Assembly (NCBI GenBank): GCA_040235515.1 | Contig: JBECKX010000046.1 | Span: 1 to 27,707, forward strand | Length of the DNA: 27,707 nucleotides | Source: Candidatus Zixiibacteriota bacterium | GTDB taxonomy: Bacteria; Zixibacteria; MSB-5A5; CAIYYT01 | Direction of reading: 5' to 3' | Shown here: positions 25,272 through 27,707 of the stretch, piece after piece | Numbering within the stretch: position 1 is the stretch's first letter | Layout of the letters: the number at the start of each line of letters is the position of its first letter | Notes under the pieces: generated by a model | Seen by the model: only the letters and a program-made list of their open reading frames with translations | What the model was told of the DNA's origin: nothing | The model's database searches: none | Position numbers and translations under genes: made by a program

Positions 25272-27551
25272 ATGAAGAAAGCGCGAGTGATCCTGATCGG
25301 GCTTCTCATGCTAGTGTCGATCGCCGGCACGGCGGTGGCGCAGGATGCAGGAGCGGCAGACACCGTGAGGGCGGGACAGGTGGATACCGACGCCGGGATG
25401 TCGGTGGGGGTTCCAGTTACTGCCTTCAATGACGCCAATATCGGCGGCTATAGCCTGGGATTCCACTGGAACTCAGGCGACATTACTTACGACTCAATTT
25501 CATACGTTGGAACACGGCTTCCGAGCGGTGGCACCAAACTGTTTCTTTCTGATGTAGCCAATAACCGGGTACTCATCGGATACGTCGACTTCTCCGCTTC
25601 TTTCCCGATCACCAGTGGCGACGGCTTACTCTTCACCCTCTGGTTTACTGTCGCCGGTGGCGCACCTGACCAGTTTGTGGCAATCGATTCGGCCTTCGTG
25701 CCGCCGAGTGGCTCGTTCGAGTTCTCCCCGGCGGCTGGAGTCAAGTTTACTCCACAGTATGTTCCGGGCGAGATCAAGATTGGCGATCCGCAGCCACCGC
25801 CTGTCATCGTGCTCAGTCAAAATACTTACAACTTCGCCGGTCTCGTCGGCATGTCGAACCCGCCAACCCAGTCGTTGAACATTACCAATGGCGGTGGACA
25901 GACTCTCAGTTGGTCGACCACACAACAATCGAGTTGGCTGGGGATTAGTCCCGGAGCTGGGACAGCGCCCAGCAATGTCGTGTTGTCGGTCAATACTTCC
26001 GGTTTGATGGCCGGGATTTATACCGACAGCGTGCTTGTCTCTGCGGCCGGCGCAACAAATTCGCCGCAGCTCGTTGTAGTCAACTTGGAGATGACTATTC
26101 CTCCCCCGTTGATCGTGCTCAGCACCGATAGTCTCTACTTCCAGGGACTGCAGAATGATGCGAATCCTCCCGACCAGAGTTTCAATATCACCAACGGCGC
26201 CGTCGGCACCGTGCTGAACTGGACTGCGACCGAGACCGAAACCTGGCTCGATCTTGATGCAACCTCCGGCACGGCGCCATCCACCGTGACCGTGAGTATC
26301 GATAATACAGGTCTGACCGCCGGAGTTTACTCCACTGATATTGAAATCAGTGATCCGACCGCTTCGAACGATCCACAGTTCGTTACTGTGGTATTCGAGG
26401 TCTTTTCGGCGTTTCCGGTGATTGACCCGATTCCCGACAGCATCTACGTAATCGGTTCCGGAACTATCGACCCTGTCTCCCGAATGCTGACCATCGAAAA
26501 TGATGGTGGTGGCGTATTGAGCTGGTCGTTGACCAAGAAGAAGTCATGGTTAACGGTTTCCGCCGATACCGGTTCGGCGGTGCAGGGCTCTCCGAGTACC
26601 ATCACACTTTCGTTCAATCGCAATCTGGTCAATTTCGGACTTAACTTCGACACCCTCGTGATATCGGCCGGAAGCGCGATCAACTCGCCGGTGCGCGTGC
26701 CGGTAACATTCTGGAAGATGGAGAACCCTCAGATTCTCTATGCGAATCCTATGTCACTCTCGTTCGTAGAGACCGAGTGTGGCAGTTATCCCGGCGTGCA
26801 GCCGAAGAACATCTCGATCTCGACCGCCTATACGAGCCCGCAGGTTCCCTGGACAATCAGCTTCAACGAACCGTGGCTCGAAGTCAGCGCAACATCAGGC
26901 ATCAACGCGGCTCTAGTATCCGTCTCGGTGGATGTCTCCGGATTGAGCGCCGGAGTCTACCTGGATACGCTGACGATTGCGACCGACGTCTCCCTTTATC
27001 CGGTCCGCAAGATACCGGTGACCTTTACGGTCAATCCGACCCCGGCGGTCAAGCAACTCAAACTCTCGGTTGACTCGCTGCTGTATCTGTTCAAGTACAC
27101 GCAGCTTGGCACCTCGAACCAGACCATCACCGCTTACAACCAGGGTGGTGGCTGCCTTGACTTTACGGCGACCGCTTCCGTGCCGTGGCTGACACCTTCG
27201 CCGAACAACTCGACGACCACGCAGCAGGTTGGCATACTCGCGAACTCGGTCGGACTGCCATTGGGTCCGAATCATGCTGAGGTCGTGTTTACCGCGCCGG
27301 ATGCGATCAACTCGCCGGTCACGCTGCCGGTCACAGTCTGGGTGTGGACGTTTGGTGATGCCAATGGCAACGGCTACATTTCGGTAGCGGATTGCGTTTA
27401 CATCATCAACTACATATTCGGCGGTGGTCCGGCGCCGATCCCGATCTTCATTGCCGGGGACGTCAACTGCGATCGCCAGATTTCGATTGCAGATTGTGTC
27501 TACCTGCTGAACTACATCTTCGGTGGTGGCCCGGCGCCATGCCTTTACTAG
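25272..27551 (+). CDS. Secreted cohesin-like + 5x BACON-like + dockerin protein
   Basis: GGAGG 7 nt before ATG 25272; signal peptide; N-terminal V.VPV...N......SL...W...GDGLLFTLWF; five ITNGGG.L.W...WL...P..G repeats; GDANGNG/GDVNCD dockerin pair. Confidence 0.8.
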   Translation: MKKARVILIGLLMLVSIAGTAVAQDAGAADTVRAGQVDTDAGMSVGVPVTAFNDANIGGYSLGFHWNSGDITYDSISYVGTRLPSGGTKLFLSDVANNRVLIGYVDFSASFPITSGDGLLFTLWFTVAGGAPDQFVAIDSAFVPPSGSFEFSPAAGVKFTPQYVPGEIKIGDPQPPPVIVLSQNTYNFAGLVGMSNPPTQSLNITNGGGQTLSWSTTQQSSWLGISPGAGTAPSNVVLSVNTSGLMAGIYTDSVLVSAAGATNSPQLVVVNLEMTIPPPLIVLSTDSLYFQGLQNDANPPDQSFNITNGAVGTVLNWTATETETWLDLDATSGTAPSTVTVSIDNTGLTAGVYSTDIEISDPTASNDPQFVTVVFEVFSAFPVIDPIPDSIYVIGSGTIDPVSRMLTIENDGGGVLSWSLTKKKSWLTVSADTGSAVQGSPSTITLSFNRNLVNFGLNFDTLVISAGSAINSPVRVPVTFWKMENPQILYANPMSLSFVETECGSYPGVQPKNISISTAYTSPQVPWTISFNEPWLEVSATSGINAALVSVSVDVSGLSAGVYLDTLTIATDVSLYPVRKIPVTFTVNPTPAVKQLKLSVDSLLYLFKYTQLGTSNQTITAYNQGGGCLDFTATASVPWLTPSPNNSTTTQQVGILANSVGLPLGPNHAEVVFTAPDAINSPVTLPVTVWVWTFGDANGNGYISVADCVYIINYIFGGGPAPIPIFIAGDVNCDRQISIADCVYLLNYIFGGGPAPCLY

Positions 27552-27621
27552 GCCGGCTCTTGCCGGGTTGGCCCGGTAGGACAGGATTGCGGCTCCGGAT
27601 CGGGGCCTCAATGAAATCGAC

Positions 27622-27659
27622 ACGGAGACAGGTTCTTGAGCCTGTCTCCGTTTTATTTT
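27622..27659 (+). terminator. Rho-independent terminator
   Basis: ACGGAGACAGG...CCTGTCTCCGT followed by TTTATTTT. Confidence 0.85.
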
Positions 27660-27707
27660 GGTGGGGGCGGTTTCAGCGGATTGTCTTTGATTGGTGCAGA
27701 AATAACT

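Noticed and set aside
4014..27623. Numerous antisense or nested ORFs in the six-frame track
   Set aside because: Shadows of well-supported genes in GC-rich DNA, with no recognisable motifs.

Overview
Bacterial chromosomal window. The C-terminal 'GDAxxxG..I.D.VYLINYIFGGG.AP' dockerin-type repeats suggest a Zixibacteria-like host (inference). The main feature is a ~12.6-kb plus-strand cluster of phage-derived head genes (3090-15723): portal, large terminase, prohead protease with an extra C-terminal domain, scaffold-like protein, decoration protein, HK97-type major capsid, propeller protein and head-connector-like protein, followed by small ORFs and two apparently exported proteins. I find no integrase, repressor, replication, tail tube, tape measure or endolysin gene. 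The cluster lies between ordinary host genes (cvpA and a cheR-like gene on the left; pgsA, dockerin proteins, a Hel308-like helicase and lon on the right) and is interrupted by a host-type PEP-CTERM gene with a sigma54 promoter. It looks like a domesticated, tail-less, GTA-like DNA-packaging particle. Other notable signals: a divergent ~375-nt structured RNA candidate behind a sigma54-like promoter, a possible A_AAA_AAG -1 frameshift, an ATPase-degenerate Lon, and a helicase operon with a palindromic operator and a structured leader. All family calls come from motifs recognised by eye; no searches were run.
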